Origin: Geobacter metallireducens GS-15
Lineage (GTDB): Bacteria; Desulfobacterota; Desulfuromonadia; Geobacterales; Geobacteraceae
Reading direction: 5' to 3'
NCBI RefSeq assembly: GCF_000012925.1
Contig: NC_007517.1
Coordinates: forward strand, 2,730,001-2,762,000
Length of the DNA stretch: 32,000 nt
Shown: in pieces, positions 1 to 8,790 of the stretch
Position numbering within the stretch: position 1 is the stretch's first letter
How the letters are laid out: each line of letters starts with the position of its first letter
The notes under the pieces: model-generated
What the model was told of the DNA's origin: nothing
Seen by the model: the letters and a program-made list of their open reading frames with translations, nothing else
The model's database searches: none
Made by a program: the position numbers and the translations under genes

Positions 1-523
1 CGAAGGGGAGCGCGTCCAGGTCTTGGATCGGCGGGCGGTCCGGGGTGTGGTGGATCTTCCCGTCCTTCCAGAAGCTGATCCCGTCCACTTTTGCCCACTC
101 GCGGCCCTCGCAGAGTTCCTTGGTGGTGTAATCGAATTCGCCGCGGCAGACGATGTCGATGACCCCTTCGCCCTGGCGCAGCGTCTCCTCGGGGAGAACG
201 GAAACGTGGGGGCCCGTGAGGACCGTAACCGTGGCCGGCTTCTGCTCCTTGACGCGGCGGGCGGTGGCGATGTCGAGGGCCAGGGTCGGCGTGGAGGTGT
301 ACATCACCACCATGTCGAAATCACGGGCAATGGCCAGGCAGTCGTCGATGGTGAAACGTTGCACCGGCGCGTCCACCACCCGGGAGCCGTCGATCATCCC
401 GGCGGGGAAGCAGAGCCACGTGGGGTACCAGAAGGAGGTCACCTCCCGGGATGCCTGGTAGCGGGCGCCGGCTCCGCCGTCGAAATCTTCGTAGGTGGGT
501 GGATTGAGAAACAGAGGCTTCAT
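1..523 (-). CDS. B12-binding/radical SAM protein, HpnJ-like; N-terminal 174 codons, gene continues past the left edge
   Basis: It is missing from the ORF track because it has no in-window stop. Reverse-complement translation from the ATG at 523-521 reads MKPLFLNPPTYEDFDGGAGARYQASREVTSFWYPTWLCFPAGMIDG...MYTSTPTLALDIATARRVKE...GEFDYTTKELCEG... and stays open to position 1. A GGGAG Shine-Dalgarno lies just upstream. The N-terminus matches my recollection of hopanoid-associated radical SAM HpnJ / B12-binding radical SAM proteins. The + ORFs 23..589 and 153..461 look like mirror-frame artefacts. Confidence 0.6.
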   Translation of the reverse strand, partial: MKPLFLNPPTYEDFDGGAGARYQASREVTSFWYPTWLCFPAGMIDGSRVVDAPVQRFTIDDCLAIARDFDMVVMYTSTPTLALDIATARRVKEQKPATVTVLTGPHVSVLPEETLRQGEGVIDIVCRGEFDYTTKELCEGREWAKVDGISFWKDGKIHHTPDRPPIQDLDALPF

Positions 524-633
524 GGCAAATCTCCCGAAAAAACGGATACCTTCACGGGGGCTTGCCCCATGAACAAACCGGCAGTATGAAGGGATGCCGA
601 CGGAAAGTCAAGGATGGAGGGGTAATGACCCAA

Positions 634-1869
634 TCAGACGGCGTCGTCCATGCCGTTGACCCAGTTGCAGGCTGCCAGCTGGACAGGGGCAAGGTTCGCC
701 ATGGAAAGGCTGAAGCGTTCGATGAGGGGCGAAATCGCGCTGAAATCATCCCTCTCGATTTTTTCCACCAGCTGGAGGAGGATGCCCAACTCCCCCTCGC
801 GGGCCAGGAGCGCCTGCCGGACATCCTCGTTCAGATTGAGGGGGGACACCACCTCTTCGATGGGCATTTTGAGCAGCGCATCGGCAAGGGAAAGGATGCC
901 GGTCATGAAGGCCCGGTCGGGATATTCGCGGTCATAGAGCACGGTGGGCTGCTCCGAGATGATGAGCTCCATGAGGCGGGCCCTGGTTGCGGCCATAACG
1001 AGGAGCGGGTTATCGCCCACCGCCTGGGCGGTGTTGGCGAAAAGCGCCATCATGGCCCAGCGGCGCAGCTGGTGGTAGCCGAGCACCATGATCGCATGGC
1101 GCATGCTGGTGATCCTGCTTTTGAGCCCCACGGAGACGGAGTTCACCAGCCGGAGGAGGTTGATGATCAGGTTCGGGTGCTGCTTGAAGGTACTTTCCAG
1201 CTCGTCGATATCCACCTCGGCCACGAGCTGGTTGAAGAGCTTGATGATGGCGAGACGCCCCACGTCGACGCGGGTACGGGTCAGCACCACGGGACGGGCG
1301 AAGTAGTACCCCTGGAAGTAGGTGAAACCGAGGGCCTCGCACTGCTCGTACTGCTCGTAGGTCTCCACCTTCTCGGCCAGAAGCTTCGGCTTCCAGTGCC
1401 TGAACGTCTCTAGTTCGGACTGCAACCGCTCCATGCCGGTACGCATCAGATCAACCTTGATGACATCGACAATCTCGTAGAGGGGTTCGTAGACCGGCGC
1501 GTAGACATGGTCGTCAAGGGCGATCGAAAACCCCTTCTCCTTCAGCTCGCGGCAGCGGTTTATGACCGTTTCGGTTATGGGAACGTGCTCCAGAAGCTCG
1601 ATGACCACTTTTTCCGGGGGAAGGAGTTCGAGGGCCTCGCTCATGAGGACATCGGCATTGACGTTGATGAACCCCTTGTGCTTGCCGAGGATTTCGCGGA
1701 GGCCGAAACTGGAGAGGGCATCGAAGATGACGCTGGCGCTGGCCTGGAGATAATCGGTGACATTGGCGTGAAGGGTATCGGCCGAACGGAAGAGGAGTTC
1801 GAAACCGTAAAGCTTCTGCTCGCGATCAAGAATCGGCTGGCGGCCGAGGAAAAACTTTTCTTCTGCCAT
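634..1869 (-). CDS. EAL domain + HDOD domain signalling protein (c-di-GMP phosphodiesterase-like)
   Basis: 411 aa. The N-terminal half has EAL-family landmarks: QPILD..YGFELLFR, VVIELLE, INVN, KVD, AEKVET, FQGYYFARP. The DDFGTG loop is replaced by DDHVYAP. The C-terminal half looks like HDOD (ITSMRHAIMVLGYHQLRRWAMMALF). ATG start with GGAG upstream. Confidence 0.85.
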   Translation of the reverse strand: MAEEKFFLGRQPILDREQKLYGFELLFRSADTLHANVTDYLQASASVIFDALSSFGLREILGKHKGFINVNADVLMSEALELLPPEKVVIELLEHVPITETVINRCRELKEKGFSIALDDHVYAPVYEPLYEIVDVIKVDLMRTGMERLQSELETFRHWKPKLLAEKVETYEQYEQCEALGFTYFQGYYFARPVVLTRTRVDVGRLAIIKLFNQLVAEVDIDELESTFKQHPNLIINLLRLVNSVSVGLKSRITSMRHAIMVLGYHQLRRWAMMALFANTAQAVGDNPLLVMAATRARLMELIISEQPTVLYDREYPDRAFMTGILSLADALLKMPIEEVVSPLNLNEDVRQALLAREGELGILLQLVEKIERDDFSAISPLIERFSLSMANLAPVQLAACNWVNGMDDAV

Positions 1870-2017
1870 AAAAAAAACTCCGTGCGGAGAGAATGCAACG
1901 ACAACTCACGAACCAGCATACTACCGGGCGGCAGCAAGTGGCAAGATAGCAAGTAGCGAGATGGCGAAATAGTTTATTTCTCCCTCGCTCCCTAACTATC
2001 TCGCTCCCTCGCCATTC

Positions 2018-3085
2018 CTACCCGCAGAGCCGCAGCACTTCCCGGGCGATGGTATCCAGGGGGATAACCCGGTCGGCCCCTCCCCGCTTGATGGCCTCGT
2101 TGGGCATGCCGAAAACGATGCAGGTGGCTTCGTCCTGGGCGATGGTGACGGCGCCGGCATCCCTCATCTCCTTCATGCCGCTGGCGCCGTCGTCCCCCAT
2201 GCCGGTCATGATGACCCCCACGGCGTTCTTGCCGGCGTAGCGGGCCGCCGAGCGGAAGAGGACGTCGACGGAGGGGCGGTGGCGGGAGACCAGCGGCCCG
2301 TCCTTGATCTCCACGTAGTAGCGGGCGCCGCTCCGCTTGAGGAGCGTGTGCCGGTTGCCGGGGGCGATGAGGGCCCTCCCCCGCATGACCGTGTCGTTGT
2401 CGGCCGCCTCCTTCACCGTGATGCGGCAGATGCCGTCAAGCCGCTGGGCAAAGGCCCGGGTGAATCCCTCGGGCATGTGCTGCACGATGACAATAGGAGG
2501 GGAATCCGCCGGGAGCGCTTCAAGGAAGACCCGCAGCGCCTCGGTGCCGCCGGTGGAAGCCCCCACGACCACCACCTTCTCGGTAGTCTGGATCATGGCC
2601 TTCGAGCCCGGCTTTTCCAGGATCACATCGGCGGAGAGCTTGGGAGCAATCTCCTTGCCGGTACGCGGCGTAATCTTGCGGAGCCTGGCCTGGCTCGCCG
2701 CCTTCACCGCGTCGCAGATCCTGACCCGCGACTCCTCCAGGAACTGCTTGGTGCCGAGCTTCGGTTTCTGGATGATCTCCACCGCCCCGTATTCCAAGGC
2801 CTTGACAGCCGTTTCCGAACCGCTCTCGGTGAGGGTCGAGCACATGACCACCGGGATGGGGTGCTGGCTCATGATTTTCTTGAGGAAGGTGATGCCGTCC
2901 ATGCGCGGCATCTCGACGTCGAGGGTGATGACATCGGGGACCTGCTCCCGCATCCGCTCCGCGGCGATGAAGGGATCGGCCGCCGGCGCCATGACCTCGA
3001 TATGGGGGTCCGAGGCGAGGATGTCGGCCATGGTCTGCCGCACTACAGCCGAATCGTCAACGATGAGCACCTTGATTTTCTTCAT
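2018..3085 (-). CDS. cheB: Chemotaxis response regulator protein-glutamate methylesterase CheB
   Basis: 355 aa. Contains an N-terminal receiver ([13 protein letters not shown]...DVEMPRMDG...KP) and a C-terminal methylesterase domain ([28 protein letters not shown]). Confidence 0.95.
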   Translation of the reverse strand: MKKIKVLIVDDSAVVRQTMADILASDPHIEVMAPAADPFIAAERMREQVPDVITLDVEMPRMDGITFLKKIMSQHPIPVVMCSTLTESGSETAVKALEYGAVEIIQKPKLGTKQFLEESRVRICDAVKAASQARLRKITPRTGKEIAPKLSADVILEKPGSKAMIQTTEKVVVVGASTGGTEALRVFLEALPADSPPIVIVQHMPEGFTRAFAQRLDGICRITVKEAADNDTVMRGRALIAPGNRHTLLKRSGARYYVEIKDGPLVSRHRPSVDVLFRSAARYAGKNAVGVIMTGMGDDGASGMKEMRDAGAVTIAQDEATCIVFGMPNEAIKRGGADRVIPLDTIAREVLRLCG

Positions 3086-3120
3086 GACGTTCCCTGGTTT
3101 ATGGAGTTTCCACGCCCCGT

Positions 3121-3603
3121 TTATTCTGCTCCGCCTCCCCGGCGGAGGCGCTTCAGAAAGACTTCGCCGGTGTGGGTCACAAAAAAAAGCTTCCGCCCCC
3201 GCGTTCCCCCAACGTCCTTGGCGGCAACCGTCAGCCCATTGGCAGCCAGGACCAGGGTGGCAATCTCCACGTTGCGCCGCCCTACCCCCACCCTGTTTCC
3301 TCCCGCGCCGATTATGTCGGCGCCGCCGAACACCTTCACCTCGAGGCGTTGGCGACTAACACCCTGGGCCGCAAACATTTCGAGCATGAGAAGGATGGAG
3401 GAATCGACATAACGGAAGGCGTCGGAACGGGGCCCCTCGGGGAGCAGCGCATGACAGATGGCGGCGGTGCCGCTGAGGCGATCGAACATGGTGACCGATA
3501 CGCACGAGCCGAGGACCGTGGTCACGACAGCAGGGGTTGCGGCAAAATGCAACTCTCCCGGTTTCAGATACACCTTCGGAAGATCGGGCGCAATGGCTGT
3601 CAT
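3121..3603 (-). CDS. cheD: Chemoreceptor glutamine deamidase CheD
   Basis: 160 aa with CheD family landmarks ([24 protein letters not shown]). Its ATG overlaps the cheR stop in an ATGA arrangement (3600-3603), which suggests translational coupling. Confidence 0.9.
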   Translation of the reverse strand: MTAIAPDLPKVYLKPGELHFAATPAVVTTVLGSCVSVTMFDRLSGTAAICHALLPEGPRSDAFRYVDSSILLMLEMFAAQGVSRQRLEVKVFGGADIIGAGGNRVGVGRRNVEIATLVLAANGLTVAAKDVGGTRGRKLFFVTHTGEVFLKRLRRGGGAE

Positions 3604-4469
3604 GGCGGTTTCCGATAGATGGTGGAGGCCACCTGGACCAGGGGGACATCGAGCCCCGACAGGGTTTCAGAGTGCCCCATGAAGAGGTATCCACCGGGGA
3701 TCAGATGGCGGCAGAACTTATTGAGAAGCCGCTCCTGGGTCCGCTTGTCGAAGTAGATAATGACATTGCGGCAGAAGATGATGTCCATGGGCTCCCGCAG
3801 GCCAAAATCGTCGTCCATGAAATTGAGCCTGCGGAACCTGATGCGGCCGCGCAACTCGGGGATGACACGCACGAGCCCCTTCTGTCCATCCTTCCCCCGG
3901 AGAAGGTACTTCCGCTTGAGGGGAAGGGAGACCGGCTCGACCCGCTCCTCCTCGTAGATGGCCAGCTTCGCCTTGTCAAGGACGGTGGTGCAGATGTCGG
4001 TGGCGAGGATACTGTAGGAAAACCCCTGGTTCTGTTCGGCGAATTCCGCAAGAACCATGGCGAGGGTGTAGGGCTCCTCGCCGCTGGAGCACCCCGCGCT
4101 CCAGAGGGAGAGCCCCTTGCGGAAACCGGCCCCCCGCGATTCCGCCAGGTCAGGGAGGGCCTTTCCCACCAGATAGTCGAAATGGGCCGGCTCGCGGAAA
4201 AAATCGGTTTTGTTGGTGGTGACCACGTCAATGAGGTGGACGAGCTCCAGCCCTGCCCCCTCGCGGCTGAAGATGAAATCGGCGTAGTCCTGAAACCCCC
4301 TCAGGCCCAGTGCCCTGAGCCGTTTCTGGAGCCGCGCCTCCAGCATCGTCTTCTTGGCCGGCGGCATCTTGATGCCACACTGGTCATAGATGAACTCGGC
4401 GAATCGCGAGAACTCCCGGTCGCTCATGGCCGCCGTGGCAAGGCGGTTGTCAGTGGCAGAATTGAGCAT
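3600..4469 (-). CDS. cheR: Chemotaxis protein methyltransferase CheR
   Basis: 289 aa with CheR landmarks: TTNKTDFFREPAHF, SLWSAGCSSGEEPYTLAM, IFCRNVIIYFD, GGYLFMGHSE. Confidence 0.95.
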   Translation of the reverse strand: MLNSATDNRLATAAMSDREFSRFAEFIYDQCGIKMPPAKKTMLEARLQKRLRALGLRGFQDYADFIFSREGAGLELVHLIDVVTTNKTDFFREPAHFDYLVGKALPDLAESRGAGFRKGLSLWSAGCSSGEEPYTLAMVLAEFAEQNQGFSYSILATDICTTVLDKAKLAIYEEERVEPVSLPLKRKYLLRGKDGQKGLVRVIPELRGRIRFRRLNFMDDDFGLREPMDIIFCRNVIIYFDKRTQERLLNKFCRHLIPGGYLFMGHSETLSGLDVPLVQVASTIYRKPP

Positions 4470-4498
4470 AAATAGGATCTGGTCCCTGGTCCCGGCCT

Positions 4499-4993
4499 CT
4501 ACGCCGCCTCTCCCGCCACGACGCCGGCAGTGGCAATCTCATCGCTGGTGAAGGTACGGTCGATGTCGAGGATCATGATGAACTGCCCATCATGTTTCCC
4601 CATCCCCAGGATGAAGTCGGTGTTGAGCTTGGTCCCGATCCGGGGAGCCGGCTCAATCTGCTCGGGCTCCAGCTCGAAGACCTCCTGCACCGAGTCGGCC
4701 AGGGCACCGATAATAATGGTCTCGCCCTCGTGGTTCACTTCCACGACAATGATGCAGGTATTGACGGTCTTCTCCGTCACGGGCATGCCGAACTTGAGCC
4801 GCATGTCCATGACAGGCACCACGCTCCCCCGCAGATTGATGACCCCGCGCATGAAATCGGGGGTCTGGGGAACCTTCGTAATGGTTGTGAACTCGAGGAT
4901 CTCGCGCACCTTCGCCACATCCACGGCAAAGATCTCCTCCGCCAGCTTGAAGGTCAGATACTGCCGTGTTTCCGTTATTGCCGCAACGCTCAT
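4499..4993 (-). CDS. cheW: Chemotaxis coupling protein CheW
   Basis: The track ORF is 4499..5035. I prefer the internal ATG at 4993 (MSVAAITETRQYLTFKL...) because GAGGAGG lies 7 nt upstream. CheW fold landmarks are present: YLTFKL.EE.FAV....V.EI, INLRGSVVPV.D.R.KFG. Confidence 0.9.
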   Translation of the reverse strand: MSVAAITETRQYLTFKLAEEIFAVDVAKVREILEFTTITKVPQTPDFMRGVINLRGSVVPVMDMRLKFGMPVTEKTVNTCIIVVEVNHEGETIIIGALADSVQEVFELEPEQIEPAPRIGTKLNTDFILGMGKHDGQFIMILDIDRTFTSDEIATAGVVAGEAA

Positions 4994-5068
4994 GGTAACC
5001 TCCTCGTGGGGTTGTACTTTGGGGGCTAGGCGCATGCGGCCCGCCCCGAACCTTCGCTTATAGGATAC

Positions 5069-5095
5069 ATATCGGCAAAAAATGAAAATTCTTTA
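5069..5095 (-). promoter_or_regulatory. Sigma-28 (FliA)-type promoter for cheW-cheR-cheD-cheB
   Basis: The minus strand reads TAAAGAAT-N11-GCCGATAT against the consensus TAAAGTTT-N11-GCCGATAA. That is 6/8 and 7/8 matches with exact spacing. It lies about 75 nt upstream of the cheW ATG in an AT-rich gap. Confidence 0.65.
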
Positions 5096-5100
5096 GCAGT

Positions 5101-5118
5101 TCAGGAATTGCCTGATCT
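5101..5118. promoter_or_regulatory. Palindromic motif TCAGGAA-TTG-CCTGATCT (copy 1), directly upstream of the cheW sigma-28 -35 element
   Basis: The 18-nt plus-strand string tcaggaattgcctgatct has a second copy at 22307..22324 that differs only in the central 3 nt. The arms TCAGG/CCTGA are inverted repeats. Confidence 0.35.
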
Positions 5119-5285
5119 GTAATTCCACGATTTCTTACTTAAAGCAAATCGGCCACAAAAAAATCTTAATACAAATATACCAATAATCAACAAACGCCAT
5201 ATTGCAAGGCAACAATGCAGCATCATTAAACATGCCTTGTCAAACTAACACAACGCACTGTAACTTCATGAAAAATACAAACAGT

Positions 5286-5325
5286 GTTTAATAACAGCCC
5301 CTCCTGCATAGTGCGGGAGGGGCTG
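5286..5325 (-). terminator. Hairpin terminator downstream of the 5356..8496 MCP
   Basis: A perfect 10-bp GC-rich stem cagcccctcc / ggaggggctg (5295-5304 / 5316-5325) has an 11-nt loop. On the minus strand it is followed by TTATTAAACA, a weak U-tract. It begins 31 nt after the stop codon. Confidence 0.55.
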
Positions 5326-5355
5326 CCATTGCGATATTATGAACAGCTGCAGAAA

Positions 5356-8300
5356 TCAGAACTTTTCGAATTCAGCGTCCATGGCGTCACTGTTTTCCAT
5401 TTCGAACGCATACCCTTTGGCAGTGCCAGGAGCGAGTTTTCCCGAATGGCCATTGTCGGCTGCAATATGGCCGACCTGGACCCGGTTTCGGGTTTTTGCC
5501 AGCTTGGATGCGGGGTTGCGGCTACCCTCATTCTTGAGCCTGAAAAAACTGATAGTTGACTGGAGTTGCTCTGCCTGGGCCGAGAGTTCTTCGGCAGTGG
5601 AGGCCATCTCCTCGGCGGCGCCGGCGTTCTGCTGGATCACCTGGTCCAGCTGCTGGATCGCCTTATTGATCTGTTCGGCGCCGGTATCCTGCTCACGGCT
5701 CGCAGCGCTGATTTCCTGGACAAGCTCAGCGGTCCGCTGGATATCGGGGACCATCCGCCCCAGCATCTCGCCGGCCCGTTCCGCAACCTCGACACTGGCT
5801 GACGACAGCTGGCTGATCTCCCCGGCTGCCTTCTGGCTCCGCTCGGCGAGCTTTCTCACCTCGGCGGCCACCACCGCAAAGCCTTTGCCGTGCTCGCCGG
5901 CCCGGGCCGCCTCGATGGCGGCGTTGAGAGCCAGGAGGTTCGTTTGTCGGGCAATCTCCTCGATGATGCTGATTTTCCCTGCGATATCCTTCATGGCGAC
6001 CACGGTCTCGGCCACCGCCTCCCCCCCGGCCTTGGCATCCGCGGCGCTCTTCATGGCGATTTTTTCGGTCTGGGCAGCATTATCGGCATTCTGCCGAATG
6101 TTAGAACTCATTTCCTCCATGCTTGAGGAGGCCTCTTCGGCTGCCGCTGCCTGCTCGGTGGCCCCCTGGCTCATCTCCTCGGAGCCAGAGCTCATCTGGG
6201 CCGATCCGGACGCAACGTTGTCGGCAGCAGTCTTGACCTCGGTCACAACGGCGGTCAACTGCCTGACCATTTCCGACAAAGCCTGCATCAATTCATCGGC
6301 TTCCGAACGCTGGGTGAGCTCCACGGTTAGATTGCCGGCCGCAACTTCTTTTGCGGCCGTGACCATGGAACGAGTCGCCGCCACCAGTGAGTTTATGTTA
6401 CGCGCAATTTCGGAGAAGGTTTTGTGGACAGATTCGGTATCCCCGTCGGCCGGAGCCGGTTCGATATGGATATTCACATCGCCTTGAGCCAGTTTGACAA
6501 GGGTACCGGTCAGCTTTGCCGCCTCGGCATTCTGGTAATCGGCAACTTTTTGGGCGGTGCGGGCGGCTTTCTTGACCGCCGTCTGGTCGGTGACCACCTC
6601 AAAGGCGCCGATGATCTTGCCGGCGGTATCCCGGATCGGCACGCCGGTGTAGGAAATATCGAGATCAAGCCCCGCCACGGGGTGAGCGTCGGTCTCGCTG
6701 CTCGAAACCTGTCCGTCACGGATGGCGCGGCCGCAGGCGCACTTGTCGGTCTTGCAGTCGGAGGTTTTGAAGTGATCGTAACACTTGCGGCCAATTACCT
6801 CCTGCTGTGTCCTCCCCCCCACCTTGGCACCCAGCTCGTTCATATAGAGGATCGAAAAATCGTTATCGACGATCATGGCGGGAGCGGGCATCGCGTCGAG
6901 GAACCCAACGAGCCGGTCGATGGTCTCGTTGACCCCTTCCACAACCTTCCGGTATTCGCCCTGGTGCTTTGCCGCATCTGCACGATGGGTGAGACGCCCT
7001 TCGACGGCTGCCTTCGCGAGTCCGGCTGTGTCGGACACGAGGGCGTTGACCGCATTGACACACGTGTTCATCGCATTGCCGAGAGCAAGGAACGTATCGT
7101 GAACCTCCCTGGTCTCGGCGTCACCGGGAGCGGCATCGATCCGGAAGCCGGCATCCCCTTGCGCCAGCCTTGAAAGGCCGTCCACGAGCTTTTCAGTCTC
7201 GGATTTCTGGTAGTCGGCCACCTTCTCGGCAAGGCGCGCCGCTTTCTTGACCGCCGTCTGGTCGGTGACAACCTCGAAGGCGCCGATGACCTTGCCGGCT
7301 GCATCCCGAATCGGCACGCCGCTGTAGGAGATATCGAGATCGAGCCCTGCCATGGGATGGGCGTCGGTCTCGCTGCTTGAGACCTGGCCGTCCCGAATTG
7401 CCCGGCCACAGGCACACCTCTCGGTCCTGCAGTCAGAGGTCTTGAAGTGGTCGTAGCACTTGCGGCCGATCACTTCCTTCTGGGTCTTTCCCCCCACCTT
7501 GGCGCCCAGTTCGTTCATATAGAGGATCGAGAAGTCGTTGTCGATGATCATGGCCGGCGCCGGCATCGCATCGAGGAACCCCACGAGCCGGTCGAAGACT
7601 CCATTCAGGCCTTCAACTATCCTGCGGTACTCTCCCTGGTGTTTCGACACATCCGCCCGATGGGTGAGCCGCCCTTCGACAGCCGCGGCATTGAGTGAAC
7701 CGGCATCGGCGGCAAGAGCATTGATCGCCGCCACCATCCGCGCCATGGAGGCCTGTAGCATGCCGGTCTCGTTCGTGGCCTCGCTATCGAGCTTCACATC
7801 CAGGTTCCCCGCGGCAATGCTGTCGGCAGCGGCCATGCATTCACGGATCGGCCGGGAGATGGAACGGGCGATGACAAGCCCCAGAAATCCGCCCAAGAGG
7901 ACACCAAAAATCGTCAGAATGATGACCGTGAGCTGTGCCCGTTTACCCGCGGTCACCCCCTGGACGCCAAGCTTTTCCACCGCCGCGCGATGGTACTGGA
8001 CCAGCTCGTCGACACCTTTCATGTATGCCGTCTGCCGATCCCTCACGGTAGTTATCAGAAGCACCTTGGCCTGGGCGTACTTGCCGGCCTTGATATCCGC
8101 AATGACAGTTGCGAGAGCCTCACGATACACTTTCAGTTCGTCAGTTACAGTCTTAAGCTTTCCCTTCTCTTCGTCGCTCTTTTCCGTTTTTTCTAGGGCT
8201 ACGACGATCTCTTCCGACTTCTGGAAGGCCTCCTGAATCCGGTCCAGTTCTTTCTGTTTCTGAACCGGGTCATCCAGGAGAATGGCATTGCGAACCGCAC

Positions 8301-8496
8301 GGGCGACGATATTTGCTTGGTTCACCATCTCGTGGGCCTGAACGGTCTTGGGGAATTTCTCCTCGGAGATTATGGCGAGGTCGTTATCAATGAGGTGTGT
8401 CTGGAAGTATGTCACCACCCCCAGCACAATCATGACGGCCAGGATTGCGGCAAAGCCCGCCCAGAGTTTTGATGCAATCTTCAGGTTTTTAAACAT
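5356..8496 (-). CDS. Methyl-accepting chemotaxis protein with duplicated cytoplasmic PAS-like (4-Cys) modules
   Basis: 1046 aa. Order of elements: TM1, periplasmic helical region, TM2 (aa ~189-211), HAMP, two copies of a 225-aa module, HAMP, canonical MCP signalling domain ([37 protein letters not shown]), long linker, C-terminal EFEKF. AAGGAGG lies 5 nt upstream of the ATG. Confidence 0.95.
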   Translation of the reverse strand: MFKNLKIASKLWAGFAAILAVMIVLGVVTYFQTHLIDNDLAIISEEKFPKTVQAHEMVNQANIVARAVRNAILLDDPVQKQKELDRIQEAFQKSEEIVVALEKTEKSDEEKGKLKTVTDELKVYREALATVIADIKAGKYAQAKVLLITTVRDRQTAYMKGVDELVQYHRAAVEKLGVQGVTAGKRAQLTVIILTIFGVLLGGFLGLVIARSISRPIRECMAAADSIAAGNLDVKLDSEATNETGMLQASMARMVAAINALAADAGSLNAAAVEGRLTHRADVSKHQGEYRRIVEGLNGVFDRLVGFLDAMPAPAMIIDNDFSILYMNELGAKVGGKTQKEVIGRKCYDHFKTSDCRTERCACGRAIRDGQVSSSETDAHPMAGLDLDISYSGVPIRDAAGKVIGAFEVVTDQTAVKKAARLAEKVADYQKSETEKLVDGLSRLAQGDAGFRIDAAPGDAETREVHDTFLALGNAMNTCVNAVNALVSDTAGLAKAAVEGRLTHRADAAKHQGEYRKVVEGVNETIDRLVGFLDAMPAPAMIVDNDFSILYMNELGAKVGGRTQQEVIGRKCYDHFKTSDCKTDKCACGRAIRDGQVSSSETDAHPVAGLDLDISYTGVPIRDTAGKIIGAFEVVTDQTAVKKAARTAQKVADYQNAEAAKLTGTLVKLAQGDVNIHIEPAPADGDTESVHKTFSEIARNINSLVAATRSMVTAAKEVAAGNLTVELTQRSEADELMQALSEMVRQLTAVVTEVKTAADNVASGSAQMSSGSEEMSQGATEQAAAAEEASSSMEEMSSNIRQNADNAAQTEKIAMKSAADAKAGGEAVAETVVAMKDIAGKISIIEEIARQTNLLALNAAIEAARAGEHGKGFAVVAAEVRKLAERSQKAAGEISQLSSASVEVAERAGEMLGRMVPDIQRTAELVQEISAASREQDTGAEQINKAIQQLDQVIQQNAGAAEEMASTAEELSAQAEQLQSTISFFRLKNEGSRNPASKLAKTRNRVQVGHIAADNGHSGKLAPGTAKGYAFEMENSDAMDAEFEKF
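6337..7686 (-). repeat. In-frame tandem duplication, 2 x 675 bp (7686..7012 and 7011..6337), inside the MCP gene
   Basis: Protein residues 271-495 and 496-720 repeat with a period of exactly 225 aa. A hand alignment of 6841-6920 against 7516-7595 (offset 675) gives 9 mismatches in 80 nt. Confidence 0.9.
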
Positions 8497-8586
8497 AAAT
8501 CCTCCTTTGATACCGTTCGAACTCCATCGGGCAGAGCGTGGGATTTAAGCCATCGGCATTCTTGCTTTTATTAAATACCACTATCC

Positions 8587-8617
8587 TTTTCGGCACAATT
8601 TACCGATAAATTAGCTA
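8587..8617 (-). promoter_or_regulatory. Sigma-28-like promoter for the 5356..8496 MCP
   Basis: The minus strand reads TAATTTAT-N11-GCCGAAAA (5/8 and 7/8 to consensus, correct spacing). It lies about 90 nt upstream of the ATG at 8496. Confidence 0.45.
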
Positions 8618-8723
8618 TTATTTTCAAACAGGGCTCTAATACAGAGATATGACCTCCGCTCTTGATCCTCTCTCGGCTATCGGGTGACCGGAATCACTAA
8701 TAATTTTCTCTCTTCTCTCCATC

Positions 8724-8763
8724 TCTAAATAACAGCCCCTCCCGAATGCCACAGGAGGGGCTG
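8724..8763 (-). terminator. Hairpin terminator downstream of the 8791..11013 MCP
   Basis: It has the same 10-bp stem arms as the 5295/5316 hairpin (cagcccctcc / ggaggggctg at 8733-8742 / 8754-8763) but a different 11-nt loop. TTATTTAGAG follows on the minus strand. Confidence 0.55.
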
Positions 8764-8790
8764 CATTGCGCTTGTATGACGCAGCCGCGA

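Noticed and set aside
562-3412. Plus-strand ORFs 562..1413, 1507..1956, 2279..3412, 2337..3359 and 3537..4475
   Set aside because: They are antisense to the EAL-HDOD, cheB, cheD and cheR genes, and their translations lack any domain signature.
5339-6487. Long plus-strand ORFs antisense to the MCP genes (5339..6487, 7538..8236, 9340..10017, 10033..10677, 11365..12348, 12481..13185)
   Set aside because: Their products are Ser/Ala/Leu-rich or Gly/Leu/His-rich low-complexity strings. The minus-strand frames give full-length MCPs with canonical signalling domains, good ribosome-binding sites and terminators. The Ala/Glu-rich coiled-coil coding sequence generates open antisense frames.
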